64,000 nucleotides of DNA from Clostridia bacterium (GTDB lineage Bacteria > CBDUZB01 > JAGLHV01), in the NCBI GenBank assembly GCA_030595925.1, contig JAUVLC010000001.1, positions 1,476 to 65,475 on the forward strand, given 5' to 3'. This document shows positions 31,522-40,221 of this stretch, in pieces (position 1 is the first letter of the stretch; each line of letters starts with the position of its first letter). The notes under the pieces were generated by a model. The model was not told where the DNA came from. It saw only the letters and a program-made list of their open reading frames with translations, and ran no database searches. Both the position numbers and the translations under genes were made by a program.

Positions 31522-32661
31522 TCATGTATCGTGAAAATATTTACAAAAAATACATTCATCCCAGTCTTTTTTCATCCATCTACCACATTTATCACATCTT
31601 ACCCTTGTAGAAGGCGCACCTAAAATTTCTATATCCTCAATTCTTCTTTGACGTAAGACAAACCAACCTATTAAGATTAAAACGATAATTATACCCATTA
31701 CTATTAGAAGTACAACCCACTTTGATATAGGCACAACCGTTGCAATAAAATTTTTAGTATCGCTTATGGTTTTTCCCTTATATTTTGTTTTTATAGTTAA
31801 TTGATGCAAGCTATCATCCGGTTCAATTTTAGCAGCTTTAAATTCAATTATGTAGTTTTTTTCTATTTGAGATAGCATTTTCTGCAAAATACCGGATATC
31901 ATAGTTGATTTTTTGGCTTTAAGATATAGTCCCCCCGTAGCTTTAGACATTTTTTCAAGATTTCTTAAGTCTTTTGTACCTAACAGAGAATAGCCTATTG
32001 TGTAAATAGGTATATTATGAGTTTTTGCTTCTTTTATTACTTCACTAAATGTTATCTTACTGCCGGTATCTCTCCCATCCGATATAATAATTACTGCCCG
32101 TCTTAAAGGCAGGTTTAAATCTTCTTTTAAAAGGATTTTTGCCTGCCACACCGCATCATATAAAACCACCGTACTACCCATCACTTTAAGTTTACTAATT
32201 TTGTCCTTTCTCTTTTCGCTATCAGCAGTAAACCCGGATATTGTTTTTACATGATCACCAAATGCAAGAACGGCAATTTTATTTTTGGCGTTTAATTTGG
32301 AAATAAAATTAACAACCGCTCTTTTTTCGTCATTTAAAGGTTTACCTTTTAATATCCCATTAGCACTCATCACCACTACAATAGACACACCCTCATCTTT
32401 AAATTGAAATCCTTCTACATTTATTTTTTTCCCTCCGGGTGTCCCATCCTCGAGCATCTTAAAATCATCTTTAGACAAAGTGGTTACCGCCTTATGCTGA
32501 CCATCAGCTACCGTAACATACGCTTTAACCTTTGGAAATTGGGAAGAATTTACCTGATCTATTCTTAAATAAGGACCCGCACCCATAGCAATATTAGACT
32601 TAAGAATTATTCCTAATATTGTCAAATATAATATCTGCTTTTTTAAAACCCCACCAAACAT
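31522..32661 (-). CDS. von Willebrand factor A (vWA) domain protein with a TM segment and C-terminal zinc-ribbon
   Basis: Signal peptide; vWA MIDAS-type region (VVVMSANGIL...ISDGRDTG...IPIYTIGYS); a TM helix near residue 310; C-terminal CDKCGRW...CIFC. Confidence 0.7.
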   Translation of the reverse strand: MFGGVLKKQILYLTILGIILKSNIAMGAGPYLRIDQVNSSQFPKVKAYVTVADGQHKAVTTLSKDDFKMLEDGTPGGKKINVEGFQFKDEGVSIVVVMSANGILKGKPLNDEKRAVVNFISKLNAKNKIAVLAFGDHVKTISGFTADSEKRKDKISKLKVMGSTVVLYDAVWQAKILLKEDLNLPLRRAVIIISDGRDTGSKITFSEVIKEAKTHNIPIYTIGYSLLGTKDLRNLEKMSKATGGLYLKAKKSTMISGILQKMLSQIEKNYIIEFKAAKIEPDDSLHQLTIKTKYKGKTISDTKNFIATVVPISKWVVLLIVMGIIIVLILIGWFVLRQRRIEDIEILGAPSTRVRCDKCGRWMKKDWDECIFCKYFHDT

Positions 32662-32874
32662 ATTTAATCCCTCCTTTTATGAGCTAAGAGCTTAGAGCAA
32701 AGAGCTTAGAGCATACTGCTTGAAGCACATAGGTAGCCGCAGGCTTTAGCCTGCGATTCTTTTTGATCATTGCTAATAGTTAAAAATATTTTAACCCAGT
32801 CTAAAATCTGCAATTTGTAATTATTTTTTATCATGAATCTTATATCTTGTATCATGTATTTCCTTCTAAGTTGT

Positions 32875-33105
32875 TTACTTTACGCTCTTAGTTTTTTATT
32901 CTTTATTCTTTTACTCTAAGCTCTTAGCTCTTAGCTCTTAGCTCTTAGCTCTATGCTCTTAGCTCTAAACTCTTTGCTCTAAGCTCTACGCTCTAAGCTC
33001 TACGCTCTTAGCTCTATGCTCTTAGCTCTATGCTCTAAGCTCTTAACTCTAAGCTCTGCACTCTATGCTCTATGCTCTATGCTCCTTAGCTCTATGCTCC
33101 TCACA
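32875..33105. repeat. TAGCTCT (reverse-orientation AGAGCWW) heptamer array
   Basis: ctcttag ctcttag ctctatg ctctaag ...; preceded by the junction motif TTTCCTTCTAAGTT. Confidence 0.9.
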
Positions 33106-33487
33106 AACACTTAAACTTAAACTCTATATCCCCCAATTTAACAATATCATTATCTATAATTTGTTGTTCTCTAATTTGAGTACTATTTACAAAAGAACCT
33201 GTCGGAGAATCAAGGTCTACAATATGAAACTCCCCGTTATCATAAGTAATCTTAGCATGCTGTTTACCGATAGACTCATCATTAATAATTACATTCGAAT
33301 CAACAATAGATTTTCCAATAATATTTTTTCCATCCCGAAGTCTAAAATCCTGTCCTTTAAATTTTCCCTCTAAAGCAACTATCCACCCTACCACCGGACG
33401 AAGACAATTAGGACATACATCCCAGGAACGATGCATCAAATGCTGCTCCACCCTCCCATTACAAAACTTTTTACTAAATAATCGCAT
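33101..33487 (-). CDS. FHA-domain protein with an N-terminal zinc-ribbon
   Basis: 128 aa; CPNCLRP followed by an FHA fold (IIGKS...VIINDESIGKQHAKITYDNGEFHIVDLDSPTGSFVN); conserved leader AAAACGAAAGGAGG. Confidence 0.7.
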   Translation of the reverse strand: MRLFSKKFCNGRVEQHLMHRSWDVCPNCLRPVVGWIVALEGKFKGQDFRLRDGKNIIGKSIVDSNVIINDESIGKQHAKITYDNGEFHIVDLDSPTGSFVNSTQIREQQIIDNDIVKLGDIEFKFKCL

Positions 33488-33665
33488 TCTTAGTCCTCCT
33501 TTCGTTTTTAAGCTAAGAGCTTAGAGCTAAGTGCTAAGAGCTAAGTGCTAAGAGCTTAGTTAATTTAAAAATTAATCTGTAATCTGTAATTTCTGTATCC
33601 TGTATCCTGTATCTTGTATCTTGTATCTTGTATCTTGTATCTTGTATCTTGTCTCCTTTTTCCTC

Positions 33666-33694
33666 TTGACAAAATTAAAATATGATGTTATAAT
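33666..33694 (+). promoter_or_regulatory. sigma70-type promoter for the MazE/RelE-like toxin-antitoxin pair
   Basis: TTGACA (33666-33671), a 17-nt spacer, then TATAAT (33689-33694); the RBS AGGAGG and ATG at 33745 follow. Confidence 0.5.
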
Positions 33695-33744
33695 TATATT
33701 GAAATATGAAATTCATATATTCAAATTATCTCAGGAGGTTAACC

Positions 33745-34014
33745 ATGTTAAGAAAATTAGGACAAAGTTATCAAATCGCTTTACCAAAACAGATTATAAA
33801 AGAACTTGGACTTAAAGTAAATGACTATTTAGATGTAATTACAAAAGATAACAAAATCATTATTGAACCAAAAGTCTTAATTCCCAAAGAACAAGCCTAT
33901 TTCTATACCCCTCACTGGCAAAAGGGTGAAAAAAAAGCTAGTAAAGATATTAAAAAAGGTCGTGTTACCAAAACAAAGAACTTAAAAGAGCTATTTAAAA
34001 AATTGGATAAATAA
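33745..34014 (+). CDS. AbrB/MazE/SpoVT-family antitoxin
   Basis: MLRKLGQSYQIALPKQIIKELGLKVNDYLDV swapped-hairpin beta-barrel signature; AGGAGG RBS; the start sits 39 nt inside the ORF-track call. Confidence 0.6.
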   Translation: MLRKLGQSYQIALPKQIIKELGLKVNDYLDVITKDNKIIIEPKVLIPKEQAYFYTPHWQKGEKKASKDIKKGRVTKTKNLKELFKKLDK

Positions 34015-34017
34015 CCT

Positions 34018-34275
34018 ATGCATATAGAAGCAACTGCTACTTTTACAAAGCTTTATAAAAAATTACCTTCTAACATTAAAGAGAAAGTAAAAAAAGCTTT
34101 AAAACTTTTACAAAACAATCCCTCTCATCCTTCTTTACGACATAGAAAAATAGCCGGTCAATATGACATCTTTGAAATAAGCATAACAATGAACTATAGA
34201 ATAACCTACCAAAAAATTAGAGAAATAGCTTACCTTAGAAAAATAGGCACACATGATATTTTGAACAAACCCTAA
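34018..34275 (+). CDS. RelE/ParE-family toxin
   Basis: 85 aa; its start lies 3 nt after the antitoxin stop; C-terminal pattern RHRKIAGQYDIFEISITMNYRITYQ...IAYLRKIGTHD is typical of RelE/ParE. Confidence 0.55.
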   Translation: MHIEATATFTKLYKKLPSNIKEKVKKALKLLQNNPSHPSLRHRKIAGQYDIFEISITMNYRITYQKIREIAYLRKIGTHDILNKP

Positions 34276-34345
34276 ACACAATTCATGCTACATGATTCAA
34301 AATTCAAAATACACGATACACAATGTATGATACAAATTTCAACTT

Positions 34346-34434
34346 GGTAGCCGCAGGCTTTAGCCTGCGTAATCTTTTTCCCTTATAAACGCAACCTTCC
34401 TCCAGAGGCGGACAAGAAAGGTTGCGGCTACCTT
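34346..34434 (+). repeat. three-way-junction hairpin element, extended copy
   Basis: GGTAGCCGCAGGCTTTAGCCTGCG...GCAACC(ttcctccagaggcggacaagaaa)GGTTGCGGCTACC. Confidence 0.6.
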
Positions 34435-34584
34435 CTTTTATTTTTAATTGCTAATCTTTTAATCTGTAATCTTTTTTTGCAATCTGCAAAACCCTCATTT
34501 ATACAAGCAGATTTGCTTGCAAGCAAATCTGCTTGTAAACATTATAATAAACATCAATGCCCCTGTCAAAGAAAATATAACTTA

Positions 34585-34768
34585 GGCTTACTGAAAAATG
34601 CAAATCCGCCTCAAGCGAACAAAATATCGACGGAATAGATATACAAATAATTGCATATAAATTTTTCAGTAAGCCTTGATTACACCGATTTTGTCGTACA
34701 GGTTTTAATCTGTGTAATCTCCTTTCTAATCTGTGAAATCAGGGGCTGCTGGTTTTTTCAGCAGACCC
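34585..34768 (-). repeat. MITE-like element, copy B (inverted, shorter variant)
   Basis: Its reverse complement aligns with 14150-14355 and lacks a ~30-bp internal segment; it abuts the stop of gene 34771. Confidence 0.6.
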
Positions 34769-34770
34769 TA

Positions 34771-35616
34771 TCATTGAAACAACTCCTCAACCATCAGCAT
34801 ATTAGTTCCGTGTGTATGCCACCCTGCTGTACACTCAGTTGCATGGTTATTCTTAACCTGTACATCTATAGTATGCTCACCAGCAGAAATATCCGGAACC
34901 AAAATCATATGGGAAGCAAAATTCATAGACCAGTTTACACCAATAACACCAGTGCCGCCACTAATATAAAGAACCCCATCTCCATCAATTCTTACTCGCC
35001 AATCAGAGGCAGCGAAGGCTGAACTTCCTCCTTGATAGTGACCCAAACAATCATAATAAACTATTCTAAGTACTGAATTATCGTATTTTTTAGTAAAGTT
35101 TAAAATTCTATCCGGATAGGTCGTCCAACTTGTGGGAGTAAGTCGGTTATCAGGCATCCCTTTCATATAAGTAATGTGACTTTTGGGTTTTTCCGAATGT
35201 TCGGCTTTTTCCGAATATAAAGAATATGCTACCCCGGTTAATTCTTCTCTGGGTTTAAGTATTGTTGTCTCTTCTATAATAATCTCTAAATAATATGTTG
35301 CTTCATTCCATTCAATATCCGATAATGATTTGTTACTACCCAATTGATAATTAAATAAACCATTATTTATCAAAACATCCTGCTGTTCACTGTTCCAAAT
35401 AGAATTTCCCCCTGCAGCAACATTATAAATCTTAAACTCTATTGTTTTTGTTCCGTTAACCGGCTCTCCATTTTCTTTCAATTTACCCTGATAATTAATC
35501 TTTCCCGGCAAGCCAGCAAAGAGCAAAGAGCTTTGAGCATAGAGTAAAAAGCAAAAAGCTAAGAGCATTGAGCGTAGAGTAAATGATACGATCCCCTTAA
35601 ACAAAATTTTCTTCAT
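34771..35616 (-). CDS. secreted tail-fibre/adhesin-like protein (paralog of 42723..43661)
   Basis: Signal peptide encoded by the AGAGCWW array; the N-terminal ~120 aa are nearly identical to 42723..43661 (GLPGKINYQGKLKENGEPVNGTK...NGLFNYQLGSNKSL...PREELTGVAYSL). Confidence 0.5.
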   Translation of the reverse strand: MKKILFKGIVSFTLRSMLLAFCFLLYAQSSLLFAGLPGKINYQGKLKENGEPVNGTKTIEFKIYNVAAGGNSIWNSEQQDVLINNGLFNYQLGSNKSLSDIEWNEATYYLEIIIEETTILKPREELTGVAYSLYSEKAEHSEKPKSHITYMKGMPDNRLTPTSWTTYPDRILNFTKKYDNSVLRIVYYDCLGHYQGGSSAFAASDWRVRIDGDGVLYISGGTGVIGVNWSMNFASHMILVPDISAGEHTIDVQVKNNHATECTAGWHTHGTNMLMVEELFQ

Positions 35617-35753
35617 TTTTCCTTCCCCTTTCTTTATTAAGCTAAGAGCTAAGAGCTAAGAGCTAAGAGCTAAGTGCTTAATTAATTTAAACTTAATCTG
35701 TAATTTCTGCATCCTGTATCCTGTATCGTGAATCCTGTATCGTGAATCCTGAA

Positions 35754-36317
35754 TCACCTGATTATCATTATCCTTCCTTTTCTCTTCTCTCCCTGATTAT
35801 TAGTAATTACATATATATACACCCCACTAGAAATATCCTTTGACTTGTCCCACCGATACCTGCCATCTCCATCTGTTTCTTCCAATTCACAAACCTTCTC
35901 TCCCGAAATAGTATAAATTTTAATTTTGGCATAGGGGGTCAGATTGGTAAAAGTAATGCAGGAATGCTTACCGGGTTTAAAAGGAACCGGATAGGCAAAT
36001 ACCTGGTCTAAATTATTTTTCACTGAATCTATATCCCCGGACAAAGATTCCTGACTTACTCCCAAAAAACCCAGAGATAACTCGTAATTCCCTCCATAAA
36101 AAGTACCAACTCCCCCTGGCTGGCCAAAAGAACTTACCAGCTCAAAATCACCCCCTTTTAAAGCAGCAAGACTTCCACTGGCAATAACAGAACTCTCAAT
36201 GGAATAATCCCCACCGGTCAAAGACCATATCAACCCAGCAACTAAAAATAAAAACAACAATACATTTACCACGACTCTACTAATTTTCCCTACCCGAACA
36301 CAACTTGATTTAAACAT
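35754..36317 (-). CDS. small secreted protein with a T9SS-type C-terminal sorting domain
   Basis: The C-terminal ~80 aa (FAYPVPFKPGKHSCITFTNLTPYAKIKIYTISGEKVCELEETDGDGRYRWDKSKDISSGVYIYVITNNQGEKRKGRIMIIR) resemble a Por-secretion CTD and are ~85% identical to the C-terminus of 51716..53698; the start is refined to MFKSS (RBS AAAAAGGAGGG). Confidence 0.6.
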   Translation of the reverse strand: MFKSSCVRVGKISRVVVNVLLFLFLVAGLIWSLTGGDYSIESSVIASGSLAALKGGDFELVSSFGQPGGVGTFYGGNYELSLGFLGVSQESLSGDIDSVKNNLDQVFAYPVPFKPGKHSCITFTNLTPYAKIKIYTISGEKVCELEETDGDGRYRWDKSKDISSGVYIYVITNNQGEKRKGRIMIIR

Positions 36318-36364
36318 TTTCCTTCCCTCCTTTTTTTCATGATTCAAGATACACAATACATGAT

Positions 36365-36757
36365 TCACGATGTAAAGATATTATGTTTCTCCTGAACCGA
36401 CTTAGTAAAATTATAAAGCTTGGCACCTAACTCCTTATAACATTCGTAAAGTTCATTAAATATGGACATAGCTAATGATCCTGTTTCACATAAAAGTTCA
36501 AGATGTACTTTTGTTTCATCACAAGAAGCAATAGCATAAACTAAATATTGAATAAATTCATTTCTATGGCGTCTTCGCCCAAATCCTTCAACAATGTTAG
36601 AAACAATTGATTTAGAAGATCGTCGAATTTGACTTCCCTCTTCATACATTTCAAATTTAGGAATATCTTTCAGTGTCATTTTATGTATTTTTACAGCATT
36701 TTCTTTTGCTAATTGATATATCTCTAAATCCCTATAAGACATTGGCTTTTTACTCAT
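36365..36757 (-). CDS. four-helix-bundle protein (23S rRNA intervening-sequence protein family)
   Basis: MSYRDLEIYQLAKENAVKIHKMT...FPK.E.Y...SQIRRSSKSIVSNIVEGFGRR matches the TIGR02436-type family; RBS GGAGGG. Confidence 0.8.
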   Translation of the reverse strand: MSKKPMSYRDLEIYQLAKENAVKIHKMTLKDIPKFEMYEEGSQIRRSSKSIVSNIVEGFGRRRHRNEFIQYLVYAIASCDETKVHLELLCETGSLAMSIFNELYECYKELGAKLYNFTKSVQEKHNIFTS

Positions 36758-36945
36758 CACCACCCTCCGTCAATCCATCCTGCATCCTGTATCGTGTATC
36801 CTGTATCCTGTATCATGAATCTTGTATCCTGCATCCTGTATCCTGTATCATGAATCTTGTATCCTGTATCCTGTATCCTGAATCCTGAATCGTGTATCCT
36901 GTATCGTGTATCCTGTATCCTGTATCATGAATCTTGTATCCTGTA

Positions 36946-38454
36946 TCATATTTCCTGATAAAACCATAATTTCGCCATATTATCCCTGGTACCGGAAATC
37001 CATTTTTGAGAAATCTTTAGAGTATCTGATTTGATATACTGAGCATCTACAATATAATACCAGTTTCTCCAACGATTTTTTGTATCCCTTCCCCTTATTG
37101 ATAAATCTCCTGTTTTCTTCCCATTGACCGATATTTCTATATTTAAATCTCCGTAAAAATAATCAAACCTGCGAATAAAAAGCAACTCCCTGTTAGGAAC
37201 AACATTTTTAATCGTCCATTCAGTAGTTCCTTCAATATACCCCTTTACTATACCTTCTACTTTTTTTCCATCAGGATAAGTAAAACTTTGCCTTCCTGTA
37301 AACTGGTCTTTAGCATCTATTACTTTAAAATTATGTTGTTTTTCAGAATTTTTTTCAGCAAAATCAATTACATCAATCTTAGTATATTTCTTATCTCCGA
37401 CTATTAAAGTCCTGGGCAAATCCTGACTCATCATTTTAATATCATTCAAACCAAGACGCTTTGTTAATAACATAGTCTTTATCAAATCCATAGCTTCTAC
37501 CTGAGTTCTAAGTAACAATTCTAAATCTTCCAAACTATCACTGTACTTTGCAACAAATTCAGAAAGTTGCTGGACTTTTGCTTTATAATCTCCAAAAATA
37601 GACATAGTCGAATATTCCCACTGAGGTAATTTTTTTTCAGCTTCGATAATTTCCCTTACAATTTTATTATCTATCTCCACAATAGGTCTTATCATTTCTA
37701 TCATCTGAGAAACATTCAGACTTCCTCCGCGAACCAACATCAAAGATGTAATCGCCGTAATTTGTAAATCTCTTATGGAAGAAAGAGGCATTTCTCCTTC
37801 TACTAACATCATTGTATTTTTTGTCCTGTCTAATGTATGTATTACTTGCTTTTTTAAATAAGGAGACAAAGTAGGTATCGCCATTTTTACCCATGGAACA
37901 AAACGAAGATCTATTTCATTAACCCCTGGTTTCATAGAGTCTTTTACCTCACTTATAATTATCTTACCTTCTTTATCCTGTTCTAAATAAATACGCGCAA
38001 GCTCTATAGCTTTCATAGAATCCGGGACAGTAGCAGTTATTTCGATTTTAGAAGACTCTAAACTTTTCCTATAGCCCTGGTATTTAGGATTGGCTTCATT
38101 TACAAAAAAATCAACCGGTGTTTCTATAAATTCAATAGTAACATAAAGAAGACGAGGAAGTTTATATTTTTGTAATTCAATATTTTTTATTACCGATTCA
38201 TGTAAAAATATATCATTCCCTTCTCCATCAATAGCATATCCGGAAGCAATTTCCACAGTCAAACCCTCCCCTTTCTGATGACTGGAAACTTTTAACTCCC
38301 CCTCATATCCAGGCACAATCCCATAACCATAAAAAATTCTATTCTGCAATTTCCTCTTTTCAATGTGATAACCATGAGCCTCACTCCAATGATTTTCTGT
38401 GGCTACCAACCCTTTAAAAAAATTTGCCCGTTTAAAACCTTTTAATTCTTCCAT
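36946..38454 (-). CDS. hypothetical 502-aa protein (possible structural component)
   Basis: Long ORF with an RBS-like leader and no recognisable motif; a fragment of the 4HB gene's 3' end lies upstream. Confidence 0.45.
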   Translation of the reverse strand: MEELKGFKRANFFKGLVATENHWSEAHGYHIEKRKLQNRIFYGYGIVPGYEGELKVSSHQKGEGLTVEIASGYAIDGEGNDIFLHESVIKNIELQKYKLPRLLYVTIEFIETPVDFFVNEANPKYQGYRKSLESSKIEITATVPDSMKAIELARIYLEQDKEGKIIISEVKDSMKPGVNEIDLRFVPWVKMAIPTLSPYLKKQVIHTLDRTKNTMMLVEGEMPLSSIRDLQITAITSLMLVRGGSLNVSQMIEMIRPIVEIDNKIVREIIEAEKKLPQWEYSTMSIFGDYKAKVQQLSEFVAKYSDSLEDLELLLRTQVEAMDLIKTMLLTKRLGLNDIKMMSQDLPRTLIVGDKKYTKIDVIDFAEKNSEKQHNFKVIDAKDQFTGRQSFTYPDGKKVEGIVKGYIEGTTEWTIKNVVPNRELLFIRRFDYFYGDLNIEISVNGKKTGDLSIRGRDTKNRWRNWYYIVDAQYIKSDTLKISQKWISGTRDNMAKLWFYQEI

Positions 38455-38689
38455 CCTTATTCCCTCCTTTTATTCACGATACAAGATACACGATACATGA
38501 TTCATGATGTAAAGATATTGTGTTTTTCCTGAACCGATTTAGTAAAATTATAAAGCTTGCCCCCTTTTCACGATACAAGATTCATGATTCACGATTCACG
38601 ATATAAATCTCAATTTGGTAGCCGCAGGCTTTAGCCTGCGAATTAACTGATTATAAAACTAAAATCACTTTAAAATCTGTAATCTGTAA

Positions 38690-39132
38690 TTCTTTATCCT
38701 GTATCCTGTATCCTGAATCCTGAATCGTGTATCCTGTATCGTGTATCCTGAATCCTGTATCTTGAATCTTGTATCGTGAATCCTGTATCCTATAATCCTG
38801 TATCGTGTATCCTGTATCCTATATCCTATAATCCTGTATCGTGTATCCTGTATCCTATATCCTATATCCTATATCCTATATCCTATATCCTATATCCTAT
38901 ATCCTGTATCCTATATCCTATATCCTATATCCTATATCCTGTATCCTGTATCCTGTATCGTGAATCATGTATCTTGTATCTTGTATCTTGTATCTTGAAT
39001 CTTGTATCGTGAATCCTGTATCCTATATCCTGAATCCTGAATCGTGTATCCTGTATCTTGAATCTTGTATCGTGTATCCTGTATCGTGTATCCTGAATCA
39101 TGTATCCTGAATCGTGTATCCTGTATCTTGAA
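38690..39132. repeat. ATCNTGW heptamer tandem array (~63 units, longest in the window)
   Basis: atcctgt atcctga atcgtgt ... atcctat x9 ... atcttgt; it spawns the spurious ORFs 38776..39012(+) and 38925..39143(-). Confidence 0.9.
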
Positions 39133-39990
39133 TTATATTTCATTTTCCCCTATAACCATTTCCTTTACTTTTTCTTTTTTCTCTTCTTCAGAAACAGCGA
39201 AAATAAGAAAATATTTAGTATGAGCCGGTTTCTCAGTACGAATTATTTCATGAATCTTTTTTATAGTATAATCATCCACCTTTTTTACAGGTAAAGGAAC
39301 TTTAACCGTAAAACAATGGGCTAAATCCACTTTTTCTTCAATAATACTATCCATTCCCACCAGTGAGCCTACTCCAATCTCAAAATCCTTAAAAGGAAAA
39401 TGGTGCTCTATGATTTCAGGTTCTACACCGGTAATTATTTTTAAATAAAGTTTTAATCCTCTTAACGTTCCTCTCCACTTATAAATCTCCACCGCATTTT
39501 TTATTAATTTCCTTTTCTTTTCTTCTGTCCAGTTCTCATCCAAAACCATAGCCATCCACGAAGCAAGCCAGGGAAGAAAAACAGAAGGTGCATAATAAGG
39601 ATGAAAATAGGTATGTATATTATCGAGTTTTTCCTGAACACCAGAAAGCAAATGTTGAAAAATCCACAGATAATCCTTTAGAAAATTCTTTCCGTTAAAT
39701 TTTTGCTCGTGAAATATTGCCGGCAACCAGTCAAGATAACTTTTCCGACAAATAGTAACATCTATTGTTTTATCTAAATTTACTTTCTCTCCAACCTCTG
39801 GTTTCTGCCTAAGCACAGTATTTATTACCCGATGACTTTCCTCATAATAAACATCACCCAGCTTAAAACCGGCATTGTTCATCACCTTTTTTGCCCGTTC
39901 CAAAGACAAATTAATCAGATTAGGAACAATTACCTTTTCTTTTTTAAAGTCCTTTTTTGAAATATTTACTGCTATAGCCATTTTATTCAC
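39133..39990 (-). CDS. PASTA-domain protein with a phage P2 gpI-like tail/baseplate domain
   Basis: N-terminal PASTA-like segment (VIVPNLINLSLERAKKVMNNAGFKLGDV...IDVTI); the C-terminus (WRGTLRGLKLYLKIITGVEPEIIEH) is reminiscent of the tail protein I family; tentative. Confidence 0.35.
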   Translation of the reverse strand: MNKMAIAVNISKKDFKKEKVIVPNLINLSLERAKKVMNNAGFKLGDVYYEESHRVINTVLRQKPEVGEKVNLDKTIDVTICRKSYLDWLPAIFHEQKFNGKNFLKDYLWIFQHLLSGVQEKLDNIHTYFHPYYAPSVFLPWLASWMAMVLDENWTEEKKRKLIKNAVEIYKWRGTLRGLKLYLKIITGVEPEIIEHHFPFKDFEIGVGSLVGMDSIIEEKVDLAHCFTVKVPLPVKKVDDYTIKKIHEIIRTEKPAHTKYFLIFAVSEEEKKEKVKEMVIGENEI

Positions 39991-40221
39991 CTCCGTTTAT
40001 TAGCGTAGAGCAAAGAGCTTAGAGCATAGTATGATTCAGGATACAGGATTCATGATATAAAATACAGGATGTACTATACATGATTCACAATATAATACAA
40101 ATAACAATTACAAATTTTAAATTTAGATACTGTCGTAATCGTAGTGTCCGCCATTAAGCATAGACGAATAAAACATAATAAAATTTGATTTCAAAATAAA
40201 ACCCAAGTACAAATTTATAAA

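Noticed and set aside
36365-36757. An rRNA operon or 23S intervening sequence implied by the '23S rRNA-intervening sequence protein' family name
   Set aside because: No rRNA sequence is present in the window; the family name reflects where the first members were found, not the context here.
25389-39132. CRISPR array interpretation of the long tandem arrays
   Set aside because: The unit length is 7 bp with no intervening unique spacers and no cas genes; the arrays are simple degenerate tandem repeats.
38776-39143. ORF-track CDSs 38776..39012(+) and 38925..39143(-), and similar ones at 36673..36888, 59928..60158, 63355..63654, 63359..63574, 63393..63650, 63407..63676, 63709..63978, 63743..63925 and 63771..63974
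   Set aside because: All are read-throughs of ATCNTGW or GCTCTNN arrays, translating to cyclic ILYPVSC / IQDTRYR / LCSLLYA-type peptides. ATCCTGT-type units lack stop codons in all six frames. No RBS, no non-repetitive sequence.
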